From: an uncultured Gammaproteobacteria bacterium
GTDB lineage: Bacteria > Patescibacteriota > Patescibacteriia > Magasanikbacterales > GWA2-37-8
Assembly: GCA_964634875.1 (NCBI GenBank)
Contig: CAZWKA010000005.1
Span: forward strand, 27,167-91,166
DNA length: 64,000 bases
Direction of reading: 5' to 3'
In this document: piece after piece, positions 7,565 to 17,076 of the stretch
Layout of the letters: each line of letters starts with the position of its first letter
Numbering within the stretch: the stretch's first letter is position 1
The notes under the pieces: generated by a model
What the model was told of the DNA's origin: nothing
Databases searched by the model: none
What the model saw: the letters and a program-made list of their open reading frames with translations, nothing else
Position numbers and translations under genes: made by a program

Positions 7565-7652
7565 AAAAATTAGAGTTGCCATTTCCGTACAGGCTTGCCA
7601 GTACGGTAGACGGGCGGGAAGGTAAGAAGGTAGGTTGCGTGTACCAAACCCC

Positions 7653-7677
7653 GGATTCCCATCTGCGTGTGAATGAC
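7653..7677. repeat. Degenerate REP-like half-element
   Basis: GGATTCCCATCTGCGTGTGAATGAC resembles the GGATTCCCGCCTGCGCGGGAATGAC palindromic repeat family. Confidence 0.45.
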
Positions 7678-7707
7678 AGTATTAAAAATAAAAAGAGTTT
7701 TTATTTT

Positions 7708-9060
7708 TTAGTATTCCATCCGCCAGAGTCCTTCTTTTCCACTAACAGCTCCAGAAAAATAGAGGAGGCGGTTTTCGCTATCAGCCCCCAGCCCGGTGAG
7801 TTGGCTATTGCTCAAAATATCTTGAGTGACGAGGTAGTAGGGGAATAGGACGGAAATCTTGTTATCGGCACGCAGGGCGACAGTATTATACTCATCAATA
7901 AAAACCGCTTGCCGGAGTGCAATACCCGAGCGGTTGAGGAGGTATGGGTCACTGCCACCTAAAGATGACCATAATTCCCAGGGGTTCCACAGCAGCCACC
8001 AACCGCTGGCAGAAGCGGTAAAATTTTCGGTGGGCACAACAAAAGATCTTGTAGGATTAACGAGCAGCATGCGCGATCCTTGCTCTTCGCTGATAAGGAC
8101 GGTGTTATTCTGGATGAGGCGCAACCGGAGGTTGGTGCGTGTTGTTTCTTCAAGTGATTGGCTGGTAATGGTCGCGAAGGTGTTGATGAAGCCGAGTGTG
8201 TCGCGTTTGATCGTAATTTCGTTGGTGCTCGTAGTAAGATTCATTGTCCACAATTGTCCACCGTTAAAATACCAGTCAAGATACGTGTTGGTCGTGAGTG
8301 TGGTGGTCTCTTCAAGGTTGGTGTCGGCGGCGCGGATTTGGGCCGTGGTACTATAATACAGGGTATGGTCGTTTTCAGAGTCCCAGAGAAATTTGTTAAT
8401 CGGACTTTTTTCGAGTGCTGCAAGATCCCATTTTTTTTCGGGGTTGGCGGTTTTTACCACGATGAGTTGGGTATACGGCGCGAGGGTGGTGTGGATGCTG
8501 AAAAAAACATTATTTTTCGACCAACTTACTGCTGTAGAGGTCGTATAGCTAAGTCCGGTGAGGATAGTTTCTTCCTGGCTGAGTGTATTTTTTAGGACAA
8601 GATCTGGGGTAGTTTTTTTACTGTATATGAGGTAGTTTCCGTCGGGGCTGGTTGAAAGGAGTGTCGCAGCGTCTTCGGTAAGTAGTATCGGTTCGGCTTT
8701 TTTGATGAGTGTAACGTCTTTTATGTAAATAGTCTGTTTGCTTTTAACGGTGATTTCTTGTTGCCAGTCGTAATAGCCGCTTCGCTCAATGCGCAGGTTA
8801 TATGATGAGGGGGCGACATTTTTGAGGCGGACAGGGATTTTTTCGTTAATTTCTTCGCCATTTAAAAATACCGTAGCGTCTTGAGGGAGCACGTCGATGC
8901 TGAGTGCGCCAATTTCTTTGATGAGTCCGCTCTGCCAATCGTAGCGGTAACCAACGGTGTAGAGAACCAAAAGCGGAGTAATGATTAAAAAAAGACCTAA
9001 AAACAGCGCCAGCAATAATTGGCGCCGACGTTTTGTTAGGGTGCTTCCGGGGTATTCCAT
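7708..9060 (-). CDS. PEGA-domain membrane-anchored protein with beta-propeller-like region
   Basis: N-terminal TM, GYRYD, G-LSIDVLPQDATVFLNG...YNLRIERSGYYDW (PEGA); typical CPR family. Confidence 0.85.
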   Translation of the reverse strand: MEYPGSTLTKRRRQLLLALFLGLFLIITPLLVLYTVGYRYDWQSGLIKEIGALSIDVLPQDATVFLNGEEINEKIPVRLKNVAPSSYNLRIERSGYYDWQQEITVKSKQTIYIKDVTLIKKAEPILLTEDAATLLSTSPDGNYLIYSKKTTPDLVLKNTLSQEETILTGLSYTTSTAVSWSKNNVFFSIHTTLAPYTQLIVVKTANPEKKWDLAALEKSPINKFLWDSENDHTLYYSTTAQIRAADTNLEETTTLTTNTYLDWYFNGGQLWTMNLTTSTNEITIKRDTLGFINTFATITSQSLEETTRTNLRLRLIQNNTVLISEEQGSRMLLVNPTRSFVVPTENFTASASGWWLLWNPWELWSSLGGSDPYLLNRSGIALRQAVFIDEYNTVALRADNKISVLFPYYLVTQDILSNSQLTGLGADSENRLLYFSGAVSGKEGLWRMEY

Positions 9061-9208
9061 ACAGGAACTCAAAAGTCTGGGAGCCTAAAGTTAAAAGTCG
9101 CACGTTGCCTTATAAAATCGGTGCCTGGGGGACTTTTGAGCTTTTGACTTTATAGTCTATTAAAGGTATAGTTAATCATAAGCTAAAAAGACTTTTCAGT
9201 CAAAACCT

Positions 9209-10516
9209 ATGCCTTATTTAGTAATACAGGGCGGTAAAAAATTACACGGCGAAATCGTTAACCAGTCTAACAAGAACTCGGCAATTTCGATTTTGTGTGC
9301 GACTCTTATGGTGCGCGGCAAGACGACTTTGACCGATGTCCCCGAAATTCAAGAGGTGGAGCGGATGGTAGAGCTCCTGACCAGTATTGGGGTGGTTGTT
9401 ACTAGGCCCAAATCCCACACGATCGTGGTCGATGCGAGCCGCGACCTCACCATGGAAACGATTGACCGTAAGATCTGCGAAAAGGTTCGAGCGTCGCTGT
9501 TGTTATGCGGGGCGTTAGCGGCGCGTGAGAAAAGTTATAAATTATACAAATCAGGTGGTTGTCGGCTTGGCGAACGCACGGTCAGGCCGCATTGGTATGC
9601 TCTTAAAAAATTGGGCGTTTCAGTTATTTCTCGCGACGCGTATTATGAAGTCGAGCGCACAAGGCCGCTCGCAGCTGCACGTATTGTTATGTACGAGTCG
9701 GGGGATGCCGCTACGGAAAATACGATCATGGCCGCCGTCCTTGCACCGGGCACAACAGTGATCACAATGGCATCGGCCAATTATATGGTGCAGGATCTGT
9801 GTTATTTTTTGGTGAAGGCCGGGGCAAAAATTAAGGGTATCGGATCGACCACACTCACGATTACCGGTGTCAAGGAATTGCGGCCGGTCAAGGAATATCC
9901 GATCATGCCAGATCCTATTGTGGCCATGACTTTTTTATCAGCGGCAATTGCAACCGGATCGACACTGACGGTCAAAAATTGTCCACTGGAGTTTTTGGAA
10001 TTAGAGCTGTGCAAACTTGAGATAATGGGGCAAAAGTTTAAGGTTGATCACGAACGGACATCTAAGAACGGACATTTTATCATTGTTGACGTTACCGTTG
10101 AACCGAGTAAGCTTACAGCGTTACCCGATAAAATTTACGGGCGTCCATTCCCGGGTTTAAACATCGATAACCTACCGTTGTTCGTACCGATTCTGACCCA
10201 AGCAAGGGGTCGTACGCTCGTTCATGACTGGGCGTATGAGAATCGGGCGATCTACAGTTTGGAGCTTCAGAAGCTGGGTGCGCAAATTACGCTCTTAGAC
10301 CCACACCGGATGTGGGTAGAAGGTCCGGTTAAATTATTGCCGAACGAAGTGATATGTCCGCCCGCCCTTCGCCCTGCAGTGAATGTGCTCATTTGTATGT
10401 TAGCTGCCAAAGGGAAATCTATTTTGCGCAACACTGCTATGATCGACCGGGGCTATGAAAATTTGTATGAAGTATTGAATAAAGCAGGAGCGGATATTAC
10501 TCTTGTGAAAGAATAG
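9209..10516 (+). CDS. murA: UDP-N-acetylglucosamine 1-carboxyvinyltransferase
   Basis: KNS, GGCRLGER (catalytic Cys), IDRGYE motifs. Confidence 0.93.
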   Translation: MPYLVIQGGKKLHGEIVNQSNKNSAISILCATLMVRGKTTLTDVPEIQEVERMVELLTSIGVVVTRPKSHTIVVDASRDLTMETIDRKICEKVRASLLLCGALAAREKSYKLYKSGGCRLGERTVRPHWYALKKLGVSVISRDAYYEVERTRPLAAARIVMYESGDAATENTIMAAVLAPGTTVITMASANYMVQDLCYFLVKAGAKIKGIGSTTLTITGVKELRPVKEYPIMPDPIVAMTFLSAAIATGSTLTVKNCPLEFLELELCKLEIMGQKFKVDHERTSKNGHFIIVDVTVEPSKLTALPDKIYGRPFPGLNIDNLPLFVPILTQARGRTLVHDWAYENRAIYSLELQKLGAQITLLDPHRMWVEGPVKLLPNEVICPPALRPAVNVLICMLAAKGKSILRNTAMIDRGYENLYEVLNKAGADITLVKE

Positions 10517-10519
10517 TAT

Positions 10520-11191
10520 ATGGAAGGAAATAAATTTAGGCCACGTGAAACAGTAACGCAAGGTGAGCAAGCGAGGGAATTTGTCAATCAGGCTCGAGAA
10601 AAACTTTCTGAGCTTGAAACACTTGTGGCACACCTGGAGACTATGTCTGCGGGAGATGCTGCTATGCCTGCCAAGCAAGCAGTGCGCGAAACTGATCTAG
10701 GCAAACGACTTGCTAAACTTCTTTTGACACTCGACACTTTGGCTGGTCCAGAAAAAGGGGAGCGTGAAAAATGGATGCAGGCATGTTTAACAAAGACAGC
10801 GGATGTCTTTGAAGGTAATGATTCTGTTTTGCGCATTCTTGGAAAAGATAAACATAGTTTTAGTACCTTTGAAAGGGATTTCTGGCACCGAGATAACCGT
10901 CGTTTCCCCATTCATTTTTTAGGACAACTGCTTCTCGAGGCTGAAACATTGTTTGAAAATAAGGGTATTGGACCAAAAGTGCAAGAGGTGATTGAGCTTG
11001 GTTTAGCGTCCCGAGGTTTGTCGGTGAAAACAAAATTACCTGAGGATTTTAAGCATGATTTAGTTGCTAAACTTTCTCCTTTAATAAAAGCGGAATTGCA
11101 GAAAGAAGGGTATAGCAGATATTACCAAGATCCGCGTGAAAAACCCCTAACTGTTGATGCATATTTGTCAAAACTTATTGAACCTAAATAA
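10520..11191 (+). CDS. Hypothetical protein
   Basis: 223-aa ORF packed between murA and ctpA with native codon usage. Confidence 0.7.
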   Translation: MEGNKFRPRETVTQGEQAREFVNQAREKLSELETLVAHLETMSAGDAAMPAKQAVRETDLGKRLAKLLLTLDTLAGPEKGEREKWMQACLTKTADVFEGNDSVLRILGKDKHSFSTFERDFWHRDNRRFPIHFLGQLLLEAETLFENKGIGPKVQEVIELGLASRGLSVKTKLPEDFKHDLVAKLSPLIKAELQKEGYSRYYQDPREKPLTVDAYLSKLIEPK

Positions 11192-11197
11192 AATTTT

Positions 11198-12454
11198 ATG
11201 GAACCTACTGTGTCACCGATCCAAGCTAAAGCAAACAAATATTTTGGCACGTACTTGGCTATTATTTTGTTTGTCGTTGCTTTTGGTCTCGGCCTTTTGG
11301 CGGGGCGCAACTTATATTTTAAAAAATACGTTACCAATGCCGAAGGTATCGTTACGACTGATAACGTTTTGGTTAACGGTACTGCTCTCCATGCAACTGA
11401 TGTTGATTTTAATCAGTTTTGGAAAGTATGGGATCAAATCAAAGCAAAGTATGTTAAGCAGCCAGTGTCAGACAAAGATTTGCTGACTGGCGCCATGCAG
11501 GGGTTGGTCGCATCGCTTAACGACCCCTATTCTTTGTTTCTTCCGCCACAAGAAGCAACGGATTTCACCAAAGACCTGGCTGGTGAACTCGAAGGTATCG
11601 GGGCTGAGATCGGGGTAAAAAATAGCCAGCTCATGATTATTTCGCCTATCCCAGAAACACCCGCAGAAAAGGCAGGGCTTCAGCCAGGGGACAAGATTCT
11701 GCTTATTAATAAAGAATCAACGGTAGGGATGGACGCGGGGACGGCGGTAAAAAAGATCCGTGGTAAAGCAGGTACGCAAGTCGTTTTGAATATTATGCGC
11801 GATAGCTGGTCGGCGCCACGGGATATTACTATCACGCGCCAGAAAATTGTCGTGCCTTCGGTTGTATTTACAATGAAACCGGGAAATATCGCGTATATCC
11901 AAGTGTTGCAGTTTAACGATACCACGATGGGTAAGTTTGGACAGGCGATTGATCAGGCCAAGAAAAATAAGGCTGTCGGGATTGTGCTCGACCTTCGCAA
12001 TAATCCTGGTGGGTACCTAGATACGGCGATTGAAATGGCGAGTGAATGGATACCGGACGGCGGGGTGATTGTGAGTGAAAAAGGGTTAAGCGCTCTCAAC
12101 AATACCCACGAAAGTATTGGTCGACACCGTTTGGTTGGTATTAAAACCGTTGTCCTTATCAACAAAGGCTCAGCTTCAGCCTCCGAGATTGTAGCTGGTG
12201 CGCTCCAAGATAATAAAGCCGCCACCTTGGTTGGTGAAAAATCTTTTGGTAAAGGATCGGTTCAGGATTACGAGAATTTCCCTGATGGATCGGCGCTAAA
12301 ATTAACCGTTGCCGAATGGTTCACGCCGAACGGTAAGAATATTAATAAAGAAGGTATCTTACCAGATGTGGAAGTAAAGGAGGATTTTGAGAAAGATAAG
12401 ATTGGGCAGGATAAGCCGCTCGATAAGGCGCTGGAGCTTTTGAAGAAAAAATAA
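11198..12454 (+). CDS. ctpA: Carboxyl-terminal processing protease (S41A, PDZ)
   Basis: DPYS, GIGAEI, DLRNNPGG, SASASEI, FGKGSVQ. Confidence 0.95.
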   Translation: MEPTVSPIQAKANKYFGTYLAIILFVVAFGLGLLAGRNLYFKKYVTNAEGIVTTDNVLVNGTALHATDVDFNQFWKVWDQIKAKYVKQPVSDKDLLTGAMQGLVASLNDPYSLFLPPQEATDFTKDLAGELEGIGAEIGVKNSQLMIISPIPETPAEKAGLQPGDKILLINKESTVGMDAGTAVKKIRGKAGTQVVLNIMRDSWSAPRDITITRQKIVVPSVVFTMKPGNIAYIQVLQFNDTTMGKFGQAIDQAKKNKAVGIVLDLRNNPGGYLDTAIEMASEWIPDGGVIVSEKGLSALNNTHESIGRHRLVGIKTVVLINKGSASASEIVAGALQDNKAATLVGEKSFGKGSVQDYENFPDGSALKLTVAEWFTPNGKNINKEGILPDVEVKEDFEKDKIGQDKPLDKALELLKKK

Positions 12455-12458
12455 ACCA

Positions 12459-12491
12459 AATAAAAAACCGCCTTTAGGGCGGTTTTTTATT
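12459..12491. terminator. Bidirectional intrinsic terminator
   Basis: AAAAAACCGCC-loop-GGCGGTTTTTT between convergent genes. Confidence 0.88.
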
Positions 12492-13387
12492 TACAAGCGT
12501 TCTTCCCAACGTTTGTCGTACTCAACGTCGAGTTCGAGGAAGACTTTTTTGTTGATGGCTTGCTCAAGTTCTTTGCGAGCCGCGATGCCGATTTCTTTGA
12601 TGGCCCGGCCGCCAGCGCCGACGATCATGCCTTTATATTTTTTATTGTAGGTGTAGACAAAAGCTTTGATAACTAAGACGTCTGGCTTTTCTTCGATGGA
12701 GTCAATTTCGACGTGGGTCGAGTAGGGGATTTCTTTGCGCAGGGCTAAGAACACTTTCTCGCGGATAATTTCGGAGATCCAGAAATTTTTATCAACGTTC
12801 GTCAGTTGGTCTGGTGGGTAGAGTGGCTCTCCAATAGGTAGTAGTTCGAACACGCGTTTAACGAGTGGTTGGATGTGGCGGTTCATGAGAGCAGAGAGCT
12901 CATAGACGCCGTCAAAGTCATCGGCGAGCGCAAGGTACTCTTCTAGGTATTTTTTTTCAGTAGCAGGGAGGTCGGATTTATTAATGACCATGAGTTTTGG
13001 TACTTGCAAATGCCGGAGCAGTGATAGGATCGAGCGTTCTTCCGCGCCAATTGATTTGGTAGGGTCAGCGACATAGACGACGACGTCAATATCTTTGACA
13101 GCTTCGTGAACGGTTTTCGTGAGTTTGCTCGAAAGAATAGTGTGGCGTTCTTTGAAGACGCCGGGGGTGTCAACAAACACAATCTGTCCTTCGGCGCCAT
13201 TTAAGACACCGTGGATATTGTTGCGGGTGGTTTGAGGTTTATCGGTTACAGCCGAGATCTTGGTACCAACCAGGGTGTTGATGAGGGTTGATTTACCGGC
13301 ATTGGAACGGCCAATAATCGAGACAATGCCCGATTTTAGGTTGGTGGTTGGTTCGGCTGCCGGAGGCGGCGTAGTCTTTTTAGCCAT
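12491..13387 (-). CDS. era: GTPase Era
   Basis: GRSNAGKST, QTTR, DTPG, NKSD, KH domain (EIPYS). Confidence 0.97.
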   Translation of the reverse strand: MAKKTTPPPAAEPTTNLKSGIVSIIGRSNAGKSTLINTLVGTKISAVTDKPQTTRNNIHGVLNGAEGQIVFVDTPGVFKERHTILSSKLTKTVHEAVKDIDVVVYVADPTKSIGAEERSILSLLRHLQVPKLMVINKSDLPATEKKYLEEYLALADDFDGVYELSALMNRHIQPLVKRVFELLPIGEPLYPPDQLTNVDKNFWISEIIREKVFLALRKEIPYSTHVEIDSIEEKPDVLVIKAFVYTYNKKYKGMIVGAGGRAIKEIGIAARKELEQAINKKVFLELDVEYDKRWEERL

Positions 13388-13466
13388 AAGGTTAGAAGCT
13401 TGTCTTTTTAACGTGGGTATACTATACTACCTCTTGGAATTAAGCAAGAAATAGCCTGTTTTTGTT

Positions 13467-13931
13467 ATGAAAGTCATTCTTCTTGAGAACGTCAAAGGAT
13501 TAGGTAAAATGGACGACATTAAAGATGTTACTGATGGGTATGCCCGTAATTTTCTGTTCCCTAACCATTTAGCGGTACAGGCATCGACCCAGGCTGTTAG
13601 TGTTGTTGCGGGAAGAAAGAAAAAAGCCGCTGGCGAAGCCGAAAGTGAGCTGCAACAGACCCAACATTTGGCTGAGGCGGTCGATGGGTTTGAACTCGAT
13701 GTGCGGGCTAAGGCCAATGAAAACGACCATTTGTATGCTGCTTTAACCCCTGCCAAAATTGCTGAGTTACTTCAGGGTCAAGGGTTCAAAGTTGTTAAAG
13801 CCCATATCGTGACCGAACCGATCAAAACGACAGGTACCCACCGCGTTAAAATTAAATTGAAACACGGACTTGAAGCCGAGGTCAAAATCATTGTCTCCGC
13901 TGTACAACATAAAGAAGAAGGAACAAAGTAA
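13467..13931 (+). CDS. rplI: 50S ribosomal protein L9
   Basis: [13 protein letters not shown]...[10 protein letters not shown]. Confidence 0.97.
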   Translation: MKVILLENVKGLGKMDDIKDVTDGYARNFLFPNHLAVQASTQAVSVVAGRKKKAAGEAESELQQTQHLAEAVDGFELDVRAKANENDHLYAALTPAKIAELLQGQGFKVVKAHIVTEPIKTTGTHRVKIKLKHGLEAEVKIIVSAVQHKEEGTK

Positions 13932-13978
13932 TACTTTGTTCCTTCTTCTTTGTTTTATGCTTTTTTTAATACGTTCGT

Positions 13979-15607
13979 ATGGCCAAAACGAAATATATCT
14001 TCGTGGTAGGCGGAGTTTTGAGTGGAGTGGGGAAAGGCGTGGCGGCTGCTTCGATTGGAAGGATTTTAAAGAATCGCGGCTTAAATGTTTCGGCCATCAA
14101 GATTGATCCCTACATCAACGTCGATGCTGGTACAATGAACCCAACTGAACACGGGGAAGTATTCGTGACAGAGGATGCGGATGAAACTGATCAGGATTTG
14201 GGTAATTATGAGCGTTTTTTGGATACCAATATCATGTCGGTAAATTACATGACAACCGGCCGTGTGTACCAAAGTGTGATCGAAAAAGAGCGAAGCATGT
14301 TTTATAAAGGGAAATGTGTAGAAGTTGTGCCCCATATTCCCATGGAAGTCGTTGATCGGATCCAGGCGGCGGCCAAAGCTTGCAAAGCCGATGTTATGAT
14401 GATTGAGATTGGTGGGACGGTTGGTGAGTACCAGAATATTTTGTTTTTGGAGGCCGGGCGTATGATGAAGCTGAAAGATCCGGACAGTGTGTTGTTTGTC
14501 CTGGTTAGTTATTTACCAGTGCCGGGGCATTTGGGTGAAATGAAAACCAAACCCACCCAATACGCAGCAAGGACATTAAATGCGAGCGGTATCCAGGCCG
14601 ATATAATTCTAGCTCGCGGACGCGAAGAGTTGGACAAGCCGCGCAAAGAAAAGTTGGCGATTTTTTGTGGTCTTCGGAGTGAAGATGAAATTATTTCGGC
14701 ACCAGACGTGGAAAGTATTTATGACGTACCGGCGGTGCTCGAGCGGCAACATCTGAGCGATTTGATTGGTAAAAAATTGAAACTTCGTTTCAAACAGGAT
14801 CGCAGCAGCGAGTGGAATGCTTTTATTAAAAAAATGAAAAATACGAACGGCTCGGTAAAAATCGCTGTCGTGGGCAAATATTTTGCAACCGGGGACTATA
14901 CCTTGTCTGATTCGTACATTTCGGTTATTGAAGCGATAAAACATGCTGCTTGGGCCGAAGGGGTTAAACCTGAGTTGACCTGGATCGATGCTGAAAAATA
15001 TGAGAGTAATCCAGGGGTGGTAAGCGAGCTCGCTAATTTTGACGCGCTGTTAGTACCGGGTGGATTTGGTACTCGTGGTATTGAAGGAATTATCAGCGCC
15101 ATCCGATACGCACGTGAAAATAATTTGCCATACCTTGGTTTGTGTTATGGGATGCAGTTGGCTTCGATCGAATTTGTACGTAATGTGCTGAGCAAGAAAA
15201 CGGCCCATACAGTAGAAGTGAATGCCAAAACAACTGATCCAGTGATTCATATTAACCCCAATCAGGCAGAAAATGTTCGTAAAGAACGGTATGGTGGCAC
15301 AATGCGTCTGGGTGCATATGATTGCACGCTCAAAGCAGGAAGCCGCGCGCGCAAATTGTATGGCACGGAAGTTATCAGCGAGCGCCATCGCCACCGATAT
15401 GAATTTAATAATAACTACCGCGAAGCGATGCAGGCAGCTGGGATGGAGTTTGTGGGTATAAACCCGGAATCCGATTTGGTAGAAATTATTGAGCTTAAAG
15501 ACCACCCTTATTTTATTGGTACGCAATTCCACCCTGAATTCAAGTCGCGGCCACTACACCCACATCCTTTATTTGTTGGTCTGGTAAGGGCAGCGTTTAA
15601 AAAATAG
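13979..15607 (+). CDS. pyrG: CTP synthase
   Basis: GGVLSGVGKG, DPYINVDAGTM, GLCYGMQ, ERHRHRYE, QFHPE. Confidence 0.98.
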   Translation: MAKTKYIFVVGGVLSGVGKGVAAASIGRILKNRGLNVSAIKIDPYINVDAGTMNPTEHGEVFVTEDADETDQDLGNYERFLDTNIMSVNYMTTGRVYQSVIEKERSMFYKGKCVEVVPHIPMEVVDRIQAAAKACKADVMMIEIGGTVGEYQNILFLEAGRMMKLKDPDSVLFVLVSYLPVPGHLGEMKTKPTQYAARTLNASGIQADIILARGREELDKPRKEKLAIFCGLRSEDEIISAPDVESIYDVPAVLERQHLSDLIGKKLKLRFKQDRSSEWNAFIKKMKNTNGSVKIAVVGKYFATGDYTLSDSYISVIEAIKHAAWAEGVKPELTWIDAEKYESNPGVVSELANFDALLVPGGFGTRGIEGIISAIRYARENNLPYLGLCYGMQLASIEFVRNVLSKKTAHTVEVNAKTTDPVIHINPNQAENVRKERYGGTMRLGAYDCTLKAGSRARKLYGTEVISERHRHRYEFNNNYREAMQAAGMEFVGINPESDLVEIIELKDHPYFIGTQFHPEFKSRPLHPHPLFVGLVRAAFKK

Positions 15608-15610
15608 ACG

Positions 15611-15640
15611 AAAAAACAACCTCTGCAGAGGTTGTTTTTT
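15611..15640. terminator. Bidirectional intrinsic terminator
   Basis: AAAAAACAACCTC-tgca-GAGGTTGTTTTTT. Confidence 0.85.
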
Positions 15641-17019
15641 TATCGTCCAATCATTCTGACCAATATATTAATCGTCCGGAGCATGATAGCGAGGTCGAGC
15701 AAAGGTCCGCGATTTTTGATATAGAAGAGATCGTATTCAAGTTTTTGTAAGTTTTCATCAATAGTGCCGTAGTATCCTTTGTGGATTTGTGCCCAGCCGG
15801 TGAGGCCTGGCTTTATCAGGTGCCGGAGGCTGTAGAAAGGCATGGCGGCAGTAAGTTGCTTAACAAATTCCGGGCGTTCCGGGCGAGGGCCGATGAACGA
15901 CATTTCGCCGCGCAGGATATTAATAACCTGGGGGATTTCATCAAGACGGGTTTTGCGAAGCAATTTACCAATTGGTGTGATGCGGACATCATTTTCGCTG
16001 GCATACTGGGCTCCAGCAATTTCAGCGCTACCGTTGCCGGATAACGCTTTCATGGTGCGGTATTTGTACATCCTAAAACGTTGCCCGCGCTGTCCGATCC
16101 GTTCCTGGTGGAAAAAAATAGGACCAGACGATGTTGTTTTGATGGCTAAAGCAATGAGGGGGAAGGTGATAAGTCCGATAAAGCTGAGGAAAAGTGCAAT
16201 AAGATAATCAGTCAGTATTCGAAAGCGGTCGTACATTTTTTTCTCTTGTTCGCGTAGATTAGTTAAAAACCATGATTCTGAAAACGTAAACGGCGGAATC
16301 CGTTCCATGAGATGTTCGTAGAATTCAGCGAGGGTGATCAGCTCTACTTGATTAAAAAGATTTTCATAAATAATCCCCAACAGAGTGTTCTGCTCGGATA
16401 GTGCGGGAGCAATGACAACGAGTTCCACGCTGTTGGCAGTTATTTTGACAGATAAATCTTTGTTGGTGGTAATCAGGTGTTTTTCTAGCTCAGCTGGCAG
16501 AGCCTGGGACGAGCGTGGGTTAAAAATCCCCGCTACTTGGTAGCCGCGCTCAGGTTCGTTTTCTAATTTTTTAATTAATTCATGAGCCTCGGGTGTGGTG
16601 CCTAAAAAAATAACATTGGTTTTTTTGATAATCTCGGAGATGTAGTGGGCGTGGAAATATCGCCAGAGGGCAATAAAACTAAAGCCGGCGACGCTCGTGA
16701 GGAGCAGAATAGTTTTGGGGGTGATTTTCAGTTCGGGGTTGAGGTAAAAATACAGCGCGCCGGTAATAAGCCAGACGAGGCCGGAAATAAGGATTTTTTT
16801 ATAAAATTTCCAGGTGTTTTTTATTTTTACCAAATCATAGGCGCCGCTGATAAACAGGATGATCGGGGAAATAATCAAAAGACCATTCATGGGACCCAGG
16901 ATTTTGTATAATTCGGTGGTTGGTAATTCTTGGTAACGGATAACCAGGGCTACGTAGAGTCCTAAGTAAAGGAGGGCCATGTCCCCGATAGCGAGAATAA
17001 TTTGTTTGAGCCGGTACAT
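15640..17019 (-). CDS. Polyprenyl-phosphate sugar transferase (WcaJ/WbaP-like)
   Basis: Four N-terminal TMs; KYRTM, LDEIPQ, GEMSFIGPRPE, KPGLTGWAQI, YDLFY. Confidence 0.93.
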   Translation of the reverse strand: MYRLKQIILAIGDMALLYLGLYVALVIRYQELPTTELYKILGPMNGLLIISPIILFISGAYDLVKIKNTWKFYKKILISGLVWLITGALYFYLNPELKITPKTILLLTSVAGFSFIALWRYFHAHYISEIIKKTNVIFLGTTPEAHELIKKLENEPERGYQVAGIFNPRSSQALPAELEKHLITTNKDLSVKITANSVELVVIAPALSEQNTLLGIIYENLFNQVELITLAEFYEHLMERIPPFTFSESWFLTNLREQEKKMYDRFRILTDYLIALFLSFIGLITFPLIALAIKTTSSGPIFFHQERIGQRGQRFRMYKYRTMKALSGNGSAEIAGAQYASENDVRITPIGKLLRKTRLDEIPQVINILRGEMSFIGPRPERPEFVKQLTAAMPFYSLRHLIKPGLTGWAQIHKGYYGTIDENLQKLEYDLFYIKNRGPLLDLAIMLRTINILVRMIGR

Positions 17020-17076
17020 ACGTAGACCTTTATCCCGAAACAGGATATACTAGAAAAATAGCTTTATTTGGAATGT

